This document shows positions 12,401 to 26,300 of a stretch of 64,000 nt of DNA, piece by piece. Every line of letters begins with the position of its first letter. Within the stretch, counting starts at the first letter, position 1. The notes under the pieces are model-generated. The model was not told the origin of the DNA. It saw nothing but the letters and a program-made list of their open reading frames with translations, and ran no database searches. The stretch lies in the NCBI GenBank assembly GCA_965112155.1, contig OZ218108.1; one strand, given 5' to 3'. The stretch comes from Podarcis liolepis (lineage: Eukaryota). The position numbers and the translations under genes were made by a program.

Positions 12401-15400
12401 CACATAATCAATCACATGATGTGGTGCACAAACCATTTGCATGGCAGTTCCAATCAACTTTTGGAGCCCCCGGACCCCTCAAATAATTTATGGGTGGCTG
12501 AAGCCCCCATGGCCCCTAGACCGTGTTTGCTCCTATGTACTGTTCAGTCTACACATGCACATAGGCTGCTTGGTCATTTAGTCTTTTATGATTCACAGGG
12601 GGAAGTTTGTGAGCACAGAAGCCAACAGTAGTGAACTGAGGGAACTAATGTAAGGATTTTGCAGTAGCTTTTATCACCCAATTCTGGCCAAAGGAATGAA
12701 GTGCAAGGAGACCAGATTCACCAAGCAAAAATCTTCCTTTCAGCAATAGGCTAGAGCAGGATATTAGTTATTTTCTGATCCCTGGCCCTCTGACATGGCT
12801 GCAAGGAGGACACTGGAAGCATCCATTTCCTGGTTATGAACTGGGCCACCGTGTTTAGTTTAAATCATAGTTTATTGCAACAAGCCAAGCTCAAACTATG
12901 GTTTCTGATACTGGCCTGTTTCAATAGAACATAGTTTAGTGTTAAAGAATTAAGAGAAAGTTCCCCAGAAGGAGCATGGAAATTGCTTTGGTGGCATATG
13001 CCTCAAGAGACCATGTGTGGAATTTGATGTAATGCAAAGCAGGGCATGTGTGCAGGGATCAAGGTCCACCTATGCAACAGCCCCCTGGAGATTTTCCCAG
13101 GCCACACCCCTTAACTCATCCAGCTTCACACCTTGTTTGGATAGATAGAGAGGTGTGTGGATAGAAACTAGTCTATTATACAAAGGTAAAAATTGCATCT
13201 GTTGCTCCACCCACTCTGGCCTCAGGCTCCACCCACCTTGGAAAATTGCCTAGAAGGGGGGGGGGGTGACTCTCGGGCTGAACAAGATTCACCAATCCGG
13301 CTCTCAGGAATGCAATACTTAAATCTATGTCTATTTGTTTGGTCAGTTTCCATGCAACTACCCTTTCGTTCAACCATACCATTCTTTCTCCATTAATATT
13401 ATCAATTAATTTTAAAAAACTAAAAAAAACATACCTTCATGATGTCCATGGACCATGGTCATATCAGGCTTGACTGGAATGGGAATGTTTGCCTCCTGTG
13501 GTATGTTTTTGAACATCTCTGGGTCTATGTTCCTTGTACAAGTCTTGTATGAGACTGCATGTTTGGCTTCCATGTAATACATAATGTAGAAATTGCACAT
13601 TTCATCACTAGCTGTGCCCCTATAGCAAAATACAATGGAGAAAGACATACGAGTAGTTTCAGCCACAGGATGAAACACACTTGTAGAGGCTGGTATTAAA
13701 TCGCATGGGAGAGACCGAAAATTACCACCGCCACTGCCCAAATGATAAAAGGTTAGACCACAGTACACTTTAAACATTTCACATAAAAAATGCATTAAGA
13801 CCTCTGACATAAAGGCCATTATCTCCAGCCGATTGCTTAGCATTTATATACACCAGTCTGCATAGTTTTGATCAACCATGCTAGAAATTAAGAACAGTTA
13901 GAATTTTGAACCTGCAATGAGCTCCCTAGTTTACCTCCCAACTCCTCAGGTGTGAACACAGACCCCCAAGCCCCCCCCCCACTGCTGCAAAACCTCATCA
14001 ATTTCAATGGCTTTTTGGGTGGATGCATTTCACAAACTCCCTCAGTGCTTGGTGGACTGCATGCAAGAGGATCACTAACAGGGAACACAGCAGAATAAAC
14101 TATTTCTTTCCTTCCTGAAGATTCCGCAGACACACACACACACACACACACACACCCTCTGCCCAGATGATGTATTCCATTTACAAGTCATCAATAATTT
14201 AGAGTTTTAATTTAGGACTCTTCTATTTAATGTTCCTCATTGGCCCCCTCCTCCCTGCCTGCCAGGCCACAGAGTATACATCCAAGTTAAAAATTTAGCT
14301 TCATTATGTCATGGGACACTAAGTGCAGCATCTTCCATTTAGATTAAAAGATGCTGCAGACCCTAGAATACAAAACAAAAAGATACACACACACACATAC
14401 AAACTGACATACCAACAACTTAAATGCTGCTTTTCAGAAAAGCGTCAGGGCGGACTTACTTTAGGCAGAAACCTAACAAGTAAGAATTATCTATAGACTT
14501 GAAAGCGATAGTAGTAACCTATTTAAAATCTAGGTAATACAATAAAGTTCTCTAGCATTTGGTATGTCGATATGTTCTATTTTGAGAGACAATTGCAATA
14601 TCCTCCAGCAGTTCTTATCAATTCACTGGGCAGTGCCAGGCTCCTGACAGACAGACTCAAGAAACAGCAAGTGGCCTGCAATAAGGTGTCTCCCGCTCTT
14701 TTAATTAGCTTTCACCATCAAGCTGGTGTGGGGGTGGACTAGGTGGAAGCAGCAAAGACGTCAATGATGACTTTTCTTCGTGGCATCATGCAGCATTCAT
14801 TTATTCACCATGGCAACAATAACGGCATCAGTTTGTTGTCGGGGGGGGGGGGGAGGGAGGAGAAATGAAAGAGACCAGTCCTTCCCAAACGTGAATGGAT
14901 ATTTCAGCCTTTGAAAATGTGGAATCTCTTGCCCACCACAGAAAGCTGCTTGAAAAAAATTGTTTAAAGCTTCTTTTTCTTTTATTGAGTGTAACCCGTC
15001 AACATGTGATTTAGATACCCATCTCTTTAGTATATAAGCAAAGCACTCAAGTGCAATAGAGGAGTGATCTAACCCATTTACATATCTCAATAGTATCAAA
15101 ACACTGTCAAGGTTTTTGACATAGCACACCTCTGGAAGATTAATCTGTTTAGTTTGTTTTTGTGGTTAGTAAGATGACAGGAATTAGTGGAGCAACAAGT
15201 CTTTCCCCTGCCTCCGAGAAGCATTTAATTCCTTTCCTTTGGGTGAGAAAGGAATGGGTCACGATGGCTTGTTTAATTTAGCAGGGGTGGGGGACCTCAG
15301 GGCCATGAACTGGATGTGGCCCTCCACATCTCTCTATCTGGCCCTTATGACTCTCTCCAGGCCCTGCTCCATGACCTCTTTGAGTGATTTTGCACAGCTG

Positions 15401-18400
15401 GAATGTTTACTTCAACGAGATGTGCATATGCAGAAAGCTCCGGTTTTTACATATATGGAATGGAGATTATTGTATGAGATTGGAAGAGTCACATCGACTG
15501 CTCCACCCACTTTTTGCCTTGGCCCACAGAAGGATGACCCTGAGGAAAATACAGCCCCCCAGGCTGGGAGGGAGGGAAGGCTCCTCATTCTGGATCTACA
15601 GGAATACCCAGAAAATGAAGCAGACAATTTAGACATGAATAAGGCCATGGTGTTGATGACACCAAGGTTTGATTCCTGTATGGGAGAGATGCATATTCCT
15701 GCATTGTGGTCCCTTCCAACTCTATGATTCTTATGACAATAGTTTTACACTTTAGGAAGTAGTGTAACGCTTTTTCAGCATTTTGTAAGGGTGGGTGAAA
15801 ACGCCCCTGGATATCAAGTCAATCTTGAGGAGACATGAAACCATAAGGGAACATGAAATGTGGGGAAGGGGGAAATAATGTTTCCAAGGGGTTGGCTTTT
15901 AAATACAAGGTATGGCTGAGGGGTTTCTCTCTTTTTAAAAAAAATGGGGAATAACAAGCAGCAGCCTAGTTGCTTGCAGCAGTCTGGCTGTCTTTCTAAC
16001 AGAATGCTCTCCACCGTTTGCCAATTTGCTGCCGGGGTTAACACACAAAGCCTTACACGGCTTGGGTCCAAAGTACCTTAAAAAGCCATCTGCTCCACCT
16101 TGATCACTGAGATTCTCTCATGGGTCACTTCTGGTGGTTCCCGGCACCCCAATGTTTGGTTGCCCTTTACTAGAGACCAAGCCCTTGATGTGGCAGGCCC
16201 TGCCCTATGGAATTCCCTGACAGCAGAGGTTTGGCAGGAACAGTCTTTGCCTTCTTTCAGCTGTGTTCTGAAAACTATACTGTTTAGACATGACTTCACA
16301 ATACAGTTTTCTCTTTTTAACCAGCTACTATCTACTGATATTTTATTGATGCTTTAAATTATGCTTTATGGATATTTATGGACTTTTTATTATATTTGTA
16401 TGCTGTAAACCACCATGATATACTTTATGAAAAGTCCAGATTATAAATATTTAAATTTTAAGAATGTGGAGTTCATGATCCTCATGTCGGTCTAGGTAAC
16501 CACAGAAACAAGGCTCAAGTAATTGTACTTTAGATACAGGACTTTCATCAATACTGCTTGGAGAAATTTATTCTTGGTAAATGAATAACTTTATCATAAT
16601 CCCTAGCAGAACTGCCATTTAATGCTTAGGAAGTAGCCTTGCATCAGGGAAGACCATTGGTCCATCTTGCTCAGTATTTTCTACACTGACAGTCAGTAGG
16701 CTTCCATTGGATAACCAGGTCTTTGACTACATTAAGAGTGCTGAACTGAAAAGAGAAAGGGTTACATGCCATTTTCCTTAGAAATGGAAGAGAGCAACCT
16801 TCTCTTTCCAGTTTATAATAATAAGAACACACTAACACAATATATTCCGCAGGTCATTCTGGAGTGCCACTAAAAACACTGAGATCTTTAAAGTATAGAC
16901 ACACATACCCTATGAATGTTTTTGAAGACCTGCCTTCCCCAGTAAACAGGCATCTTGCTGCTAGAGTATCTCCGTACTTAATTTCAACAGGGTTTTCTAC
17001 AGGGTAGAATGCCTGAGAAAGAAAACAAAATAGGTCAAGCATTTCAGATTAGAAGTGTTTTTCCTCTCACTCATTTTTTGGGGGAATCATGGCTGCACTC
17101 CATGTGTGCTGTGAACTTGCTTACTTCAGGGGTGGCTAACCTCACGTTCCCAGCAGCCACAGCCAGTATTGTCAATGGTCAGGGATGAAGGGAGTTGTCA
17201 TTTGCATCATCATCATCAAACAACATCTGAAGGTCACAGTTTAACCACTCAGGCTTTACTCATTTAATTTTACTTACTTAAGTGTATCAAGAGATCTTTC
17301 AAGAGTTCCTGTGTACACACAATTATTTTTATTGATGTCCCTTTATAAATGCTTCATTAAGCAATGCTACTTTTCAAATATGGGTTCATTTGGAGGGTTC
17401 TGAGAGAACATATTCAAATAGGAGATTAAAAAATAATAGTAAAGTGCACCCCCTGAAAATATGCACACTCCATTGAAGACTGCAGCCATGAAATCAAGGT
17501 GGCTACATTAAGCATTCACAGTCAGGTAAAATATCCAGTGCTCTTTCCAGCAATGAGAGATGCCATTCTGTATTTTGAGCTTGCCTAGAGATGCACTCTC
17601 TATATTTCCACTGATTTTCATCTGATTCACTGATTTTCATTTGATGACAAGATGAATCATAGTGGTCATCTTGGTTGCCATGGAGTCTGCTGAACTTCAT
17701 AAGCCTGACTTACTGGCAAGATAAATAGCCACTGGTTATTGTTTTACAATGCAGGAGAGTTCTACAATGCCTAGCATGCAACACATTTAAAACACAAATC
17801 TTCCTTATGAGACACACAGCAGCTCAGAGAGGTGAGACTGCTCTTCTTTCAAGCAAGGGTGAAGCTCATGCAGACATCCAGGCATCTTGCAAGAGAAACC
17901 TAGATTAAGAAACCATCTCATCGCATCTGCATTTGATAACAATATGACAAACTATTCAAATTATGATAAACAGAAACACTGTAATGTTATTGTCAGTGCT
18001 GGATTCTGTGGCAACTGATTGAAGTTTCTCTGCCTTCAACAATGGGCTTTCATTTTAAGAATAATCTTGGGTCTCTCATCACATTCCTTTCTATATTGCA
18101 AAAGGAAAAGGGATACTGCCAGCATGAAAAATGGTCATGTCACGCTAATTTTAGTAGCTGATCTGACATACGTTTGCACCAAAACAATACAGCAAACCAT
18201 GATCTCATTCACTAGAGATGCATATGACTGATTGCAACAACTCGACCTACAAGCAACATAATACTGTATTAGAGGAATCTGATGACAAGTCTAATAATTA
18301 TAACCTCTACACCTTTTTTGGATAAAAATACTTTACTTGAACCCCTTGGATAGTTAATCTCATGGCTGTGGGCTCAAGCCCCATGTTGGGTGAAATATTT

Positions 18401-21400
18401 CTGAATTGCAGGGAGTTGGGTTAGCTGGATGACCTTCCAACTCTTCAATTCTATGACTTTCAATAGGTCACAAGTTTTATTTTACCGCAGAGTGTTTTGC
18501 AATGCTTAAGTTGTTGCAGTAAATCATAAGCATCTCTATTTTGTTGCTTTATTTTTATTCTGTTTTTACATAAACCACATTTTGGATTGTGATTATATTA
18601 AGCAGTCTAAAAATTATAAACAAAAAGCTATGTTCTGACTACTCAGTCCAGCTGCCAGACTCTGGCCAGTAACTAAATGGGCTACTGATTGCTGAAATGG
18701 CCCCATACAAGTAACACTTTTGTCCATTTAAAAAAATCTTAAAGCTTCCTAAACCCCAAGTAATTCATGTAACGTGTGAAATTTCAGTCTTTCCAAGCTT
18801 AAACTGCAAATTCAAGTGTCCATTTAAATTTCAAGAACCTAATATCAGAAACACAATGAAAGGGATTTAGACCTTCCAGCTTCTCCATATTAACCCTAGC
18901 CACCCAAACATCAGCCCAACATACCTGTGGCAACTGAGGACTCTGCCTGCCAATCAGCGTCCACTGACCATCTCTAACTCTATATCCACTTACTACTTTT
19001 CCTGAAATATAAAATTATAAGGGTATAAGTATCACATGTTTAGCAAGATAATTATTTTTTCCCCCAGATTGTTACAGTTATGCTACTTCCATTTCATCAA
19101 ATAAATTCAAAGATTGTATAAAAAGTTGGTTTGCTGGTTGTGTTTTTAAACAATTAAAAACTTTAAGATGCTTGAGTGCTTTATGTTATTTATCACCCAA
19201 ACATATGTCAGACATGGGCCACTCTACCAAGGGGTTTAGTTCGGCCTGCCAGACCATTTCCCCCCAAAGCACACCCAGCTTTCAAACTGCTGAAAGCATA
19301 GCTGACATCATGTGATGTGGTGCGACACACATTTATTCATAATGTGTGTTAACAATGCTCCTTCCTTTGGAAAAAATTGTTTTTGTCTATATATAAATGG
19401 ACATCATGAAGGGTGTGTGTGTGTGTGTGTGTGAATGACAAGGATTAAATTAAGGCATGAGCCTCACTTTATAACTGTTTTTAAGAAGGTGCTCAACAAC
19501 TGTCCAACTCAATTCTCTCAAAGAAGCACAAAATCTTGCAAAAAACAGTTGATACTATTCTTAATGGCTGGCTTTGAACTCACATTAGTTTCTTAAAATC
19601 TGCTTTGAGTGTGCTGTTTTCCTCTGCCCCAAATTCTCAGTTTATTCCCCCCCCCAAAAAAACCCCAATCACCTTTAAATCACATGCCTTTAGGCCAAGG
19701 ATGGGGATTTTACAACCTTTCAGTTTTTGTTGAACTACAGCTCTCATCATTCCGGACCACTGGGCATACAGACTGGATGCCAGTTGGAGAGCAACAACAC
19801 ATTTCATCAGCCACATTTCCCAACCTTGCCTTAGCCACTTTATGCGTTGTATAAGCTTGGAACTGGATGTATAAAACATGCTTATACAAGGCTTTTCTGT
19901 TGTTCTTCAGATTTAAATTGATTGACAAGTTTTGACACTATATAATTCAATTCAGACATTATGAGTTAATATGGATTACAGCAAAACCAGATTGAAAAGA
20001 CAATTCTCAATAAATGAAAAGGCTTACCTAAATGATGCGTGTGTACTCTGTAGGCAAACACGTGCATTGGGTACATTTTATAACTGCAAGCAATATCTGC
20101 ATTAACCGCTGTCATAAGAGATAAATAAGGAAATCAGGGGAAAGGCCATGTACATACTGAAGTTGAAGCAGCTAGTTGGAACTATTGTTGCAATTAAAAA
20201 CTCAAACCATCTAATTAGAAGTACATCAATGTGAAATGTAGTGTGCGAAATTACTGACTCTACTCATTCATCTAAAAATTAGTATGGGCATATAGTCTTT
20301 CACTGACACATTGCTCTTAAGAACTGTTCTACTGGGACCATGTTGTGTGTGCATCAATTCACATACATGGTACAGCTGTTTCCTTATATACGAAACATGT
20401 GGCAGAGTATACAGAGTGTACTGGAGTATACAGGGAAATCTGAGTGGGGCACAACAGATCATTTCAAACAAATATTATGTGGCAAACGCACATAAGAAAA
20501 CACCAAACAAGTGTTCCCCAACAATTTTATGAGAAAATTCTTAATTAGATAATGGTCTAACACTGGGATCACGAAAGACCACAATGGCTGCATTACATGG
20601 ATGAGCCTGAGGCTTGTGTTCACCTCTCTTCTCCTTAGGTGTGTCCATGATGAAATCAGAAGCTTTCACTTCTGGTTTTAGCTAACAGTAGAATTCAGAA
20701 AGGCGTACTCTTAAACTTATTTTATTACTTGGTTTATGAACCAGCTCATTTCCATAATAAAACACAGCGAACCCAAAGAGTTTTGGGTTCAGATATAACA
20801 TTGAACTGTGGTCCATTAAAAGAAGCAAAGCTTCCAACCTCCTACTCATACCCTACAAGGGTGTGGGGCAGGGGGAAGAGAGAGAATGCTACCCAAGGCC
20901 CATCCACATAAACAATAGAGCATAGTTTTCAAATTCCCAAGTGTAAGTGGAATTTGGATACTAATCTAAGAGTAGTTGGAAAAAAAGATGTTCCAAGCTG
21001 TTATTCATTTGCTATATTAAAATGATGATCATGTTTCAGTAATAATTAAAGATGCATGTTACGCCATCTTGGAACAGCTTTACCACATGCACAAACACAC
21101 ACATACAAAAAGTATTCAAGCAAAAACTTCTATCAGCAATATACATCCCAGGACACATTAAATTCAGAAACAAAAATAGAAATATATATTTATCTAAATA
21201 TTGAAACATGCAGTTCCTCTATATATACACACTTCATTTCAAACTTTGGAAAAAGTAGACTTACTACTACTGGTTTAAAAGGAGTTTGTGCTTAATAAAA
21301 ATCAAAAGAAATGCTTTCAAAATTTATTAGTCTAAAAGAAATGATATCTGTTTTCCTAAATTGTACTGCTGGTGTGTCTAATAATAAAATATGCTTATAA

Positions 21401-21734
21401 TTTGCTACATATTGAAATGGATATACAAGTTACATTACTACTTCCAGTATTAATCAAAGGTTTTATAACACATTTCCTATGAATTTCTATCCTACAGTGA
21501 AAGTGTTGCACATATTAGTGGGAGGAGGGAGTTGTTGTAATCACCTTTCTCCCCTGGTGGTATAACAGTATCCATGGACATCATAAGATACATGCCAGCA
21601 ATCATAGGCTGCCTTTAAAAAAGAAAGTGGGGTGGGAAGGAGAGAGAAATTCTAATCAAATACATTCAATCACTTATTATATGGCTCCTTCTAAAATAAA
21701 ATAGCTGAACTGAAACAGCACTTTTCAAATTCAA

Positions 21735-21772
<38 letters not shown>

Positions 21773-23271
21773 CATGCAGATTAGTAGGATGCTACATATT
21801 TATCCATTGTACGGAGACTTATACAGAGCTTTTCTTACAATCATGCATAATATAAATTTTGTTAAATAAAAAAAATGTTACACCGAGACAGTGGTTTTCA
21901 TACAGTGTGCCATGACATCTTGGGGTGCCTTGAATGATAGGGACGTTATGGGCAACACTGGCCTCTGTCCCTCTTTCCATTCTTCCCTCCTCTGATGCCT
22001 TCTCACATTTCTGGCCCCCAAAGGCTTCTGTGGCTGTTTGTTGCAGCAGCCCTGGCTACAAGCTCCCTAGGTGAATGGTCTCTCTGGGGCTGGCCAGCAG
22101 GTGCTGGTTGCCAGGAGCTGTGGTGGCCTTGGAGTAAGCAAGAAAGTAGGTGAGGGAGCCCAGCCAGTCCACCAGCCTGCTGGGAGTGGATGGACAAGTA
22201 GGAGTCCTGGAAGGTCGGGGCAGCGGCACAGAGACTAGGGGTGGCAGCGACTGCTGCCTGGAGGACTCCTAAGGGGAGGGATGAGGAAAGGAGGCTGAGG
22301 GAATGCTCCACAAGGGAGGGTGTTCAAAAAGGGGTGAGGGGCTGCCGGCTCTGCAGGCAAGGGGTGGCATAACTAGGCTTCTGACCCCACAGGGGAGCCA
22401 CAGAAAGAATGTAGTTGGTCAACAGAGCTGTAGACTCAAAAAGGTTGAAAACCTCTGCACTAAGAGATGTTGCACAGAAAAACAGACATAGTTACTCCTG
22501 TTTCTCCTTTAGTGTGCAAAGTGTGAATCTCCAAAACTTTGAAAGGGTTAAGATGCAACATTTCTGATGCTGATTGGGCACATCCCCAACAACTGAAAAG
22601 CTTATCTTTTAAAAAATATTTTAAATATGACCACACATTTATAATCTGTTTTAGCCCCAAGCCTCTTTCTCAGTACCTATCTATGTGGAGGGCTGCTTCA
22701 CGGATTTTTCTGGGGGGTGGAGAAAGAAATCTCAAAAAGGCACTAGTGAGAGGGCTCAGTGTATACCAGAGGGAAAGGTTTCAGCTGATTCTTCACCAAA
22801 GCTATTGCAGTTCCACCCTTGGTTGAATGCATGATTCAGGTCAGAGTGATCCTTTCAGTAGTTGAAGTAATCAGTTGGGCAAAGGAGATGTGATGAGCAC
22901 ATAAAAGGTTCATATGATGTGAAATTTAGTGGGGGGAAGGAAAGGGGAAGCAAGCTAACTTTCAACTTCAAAGAAATTGGGATCTGAGGAATGAAATAAA
23001 CAACACCAGTATGAAGTTGGGTTTGTCAAGGGAAAAACAGAGATGGAGAGATCCAAACTTTTAAAAATCAAATATGAAGAGGAAAAAAGGAGTGATATAC
23101 AAGACTTTCTGGAAATATTCTGGGCAGCTACACATTATATAAGAAACATTTGATTTACCAAGACATGAAAGTCAACTAGTTGTTTATCTCACTTAGTCCA
23201 ACTTGCCTTTTCTCAATTTTAAGAATCGAATATATTCTGAAGTAAATGTGAAGATGTTAATTAGTCTCTTT

Positions 23272-23307
<36 letters not shown>

Positions 23308-26300
23308 AAACCCTTAACAATATGCTTCAGCATACACCAGGGTCAACATAAGGTTTTGTTCTTCTCATAAATTTTCTGACAAAGTTCATATTGATCTCTT
23401 CAAAAGAAGATTTTAGGGGGGCGGGGAAATATACTTACTTTTGATTAGTCAGATGTAAAGTTACACCAGAACAGTCTTTGTGTTTATCTGCACAAAACAT
23501 ATAAATGGATGTTAAGTAGAAGCATTGGCATTTTTCCGGTTAATACATGAGTGTGATTATTAAATGCTTTCTGCATAACATTTTCTTATTAGATAAGCTA
23601 TACACATAACAAAGTCACTCTGCTGTGCCGGTGACACATTTGCATCAAATTCTCTTTCAGTGTTGAAATAAAATGAAGAATGCATGTTATATACTGTACT
23701 ACAGACGTTTGAAAGTTGGTCATTATATTTTGAAAACCAAATAGGATTATTATTTTTCGTGCTGAAAATCAAGTAATATATTTTAAGCAGGGAGGCAAAA
23801 CATTAGAAGACATATTTCTTCCTGGTGCAAAATATTTTTATTGCCACAAAGGCCTATATCCAATGCAGTGCTAAGCTAAAGTATATTTGTTCTGCTGGCA
23901 AAAATGTTTTGCATCAGCTGGAACACTGTTGCGCAAGAGAGCACTTAAGTTGGTTGCTGGTAACTTTGATCTGCTGAGCAAACAGGTTTCTGCTAGCACA
24001 ACAGTTGCAATGGATTCCTCTGCAACATTAAAACTCACCTGTCTGCTAGTGCAAAAGTCATTGCAACTGGCAGGCAAGAACACTGGATACAGCCCATAGT
24101 GTCTATGTTAGACATTCAAAGCATCCAACAACAAATGTTGAACATTTTTCTTTTGCATGCAAAACTTCTTGTTTTTGGATGTTTGGATGTATAACAGGTC
24201 AGTAGTTTTCTGCTAAACAAATAAATTATCTAGCCCAATGGTTCCAAGTTTGCTAAGTACTGTGGACCCCCTGTTTTTTTAATTTCCTTTCTCCTTTCAT
24301 ATTGAATGCTGAAAGATGTTTCACCCAACACTGAGAGAGTTGTGAGGTGAGTTGAGGGAAAGTACAGGGAAACAAATCAGGAGGGAAGATGAATCACTAA
24401 GGAGTTTCATTCACTAGAAATATGTGGAAAAGCAGTGCTCTTAAAAAAAAAAAAGTTGAGAACTTTTCAATCTCGTTATTCCTCAAATAATCTTGTGGAC
24501 TGCTTTCATTTTACACCCAGTCAGAGATGTCACACCAACGATTTGCAATCTGTGGAAGGTAACAAGTGATTGTTTCCCCGCTATTATTTTAGCTGTGTTT
24601 CTATTTTATTTTATTTGTAAGCAGCCTGGAGTCCCTGTCAAGGAAAAAGATGGGGCACAGTCATCATCAACAGCAGCAGAAACAACAACAACTTCCAATT
24701 CCAATCAACCATGGATGGTGGTCACCAGAAGCAGCAAACGTCACTAGTCAGAGAAGAAGCTTTAGACTGAAGAAGACTTGCATGGCACTTCCTCAGATTC
24801 AACATTTTTGAAACTCACTATTGTATATTTCAGGTATTTGTTTTTGATGTGTCCTTTAGGATATTAGGGCTTTTATGAAATCCACACCCAACCAAACAGG
24901 AGGATTTTTTCTAAAAACGGTTATACATGCAAAGGGAAAAAGAAAAAATCCTGAAGACGTGTTGCACATATTTTTATGTTAAATGAAATGCAAACTTGTG
25001 TTTATATACATAGCAGAATTACTGAGAACTAACAAATATGGCAAAGTTGAAGCTGAATGCAGAAAATATTTGCTTGAACAACTTCTGTTTCAACCCATTT
25101 GGGGCAGACTCATTTCGCTCAAAATAGGGTCAAACAGTTTCTACTTTATTCAAAGTCATTAGACTACTATGCTGTAGCACTCAGGGCAAGTCGGCTAGTA
25201 CGGCTGCCTTTATATCTGGAGTTACTAAAAAGCACTCTATGAATAAGCTAGACATCACAAGCAAAAACCCAAGGAAAATTGTGCTCTCTCTAAACTCACA
25301 CATCATTGTGAACTTCAGAAAATTTGCTTGCTGTGCTAAAGCAAAAGCAAAATCTGGGCTAGGCTTCAGCCTTGCATGTGAGATCAACTGCCATGTCTTT
25401 CATTTTTGCGAACACCACGGTTGTCCCTGTGTTAAATATTTATGATGTATCAACAAGAATTCCCTTTCACACTGGCAGAATCTCCCAACATAAGGGCCTA
25501 CTTTCCATCACTTTAGACACCCACTTCCCAAAATGGTCATGTCTAACGAGCTCTCTACTCAGCAGGTTTGATAAGCTGGAAGAAATGGGATCATAACATT
25601 TGCTTTTTTTGGCAAGTGCTGCATCAGCTAAGAAGATTGCGAAGACACAATGCAATCCTTACATCCCATCTTAAAAATCATCTTCCCTATTTGCCACTCA
25701 GCCTAGGATAATTCCTTTGATTTTGCATTTCAGCTAGAGAGCAAGTACACATTGCTCCAGGACAAATAAATTATTAGCTTCCATTTGCCCTGTGGCAATG
25801 AGAGGAAAATGCATTCATCCCACCTCAGAAGGAGGTTTCTTTCAAAGCTGATTTTCTATGCAGAGCTTCCAACAGAGATCAAACAAGAAGCTGTGCTTAC
25901 TAGTGTGGTTTAATAGCACTTCTGGATTGCAGAGTGTATATAGCAAAATCCACTGTGATATGCATATCAGCTTCTAATTCTTTGATCAGTGAGAAAAATA
26001 AATGGTAACTGCCACTCAGATGATACATTAAAAGGTTTATGAAGTCGAAATACCCTAAGATAAGGCTTATTGTTCCAGGAGTGTAGCTCAAAAATATGGA
26101 AGCATGAAACACAAAGTTTCCACTTTTGCCTAGTTTGTAAAATGGTACAAATGAAAATTACTATAAATTTGTCCAGTGTTAAGAAATATAATCAAATAAT
26201 TTTGAAACTAGGGAATATGATTGCTATGACTGAAATGCAGTGCAAGTACTTGCATAAATTCTCTTAAATATATTTTACAACTATGAAAATGAAAGCTGGC

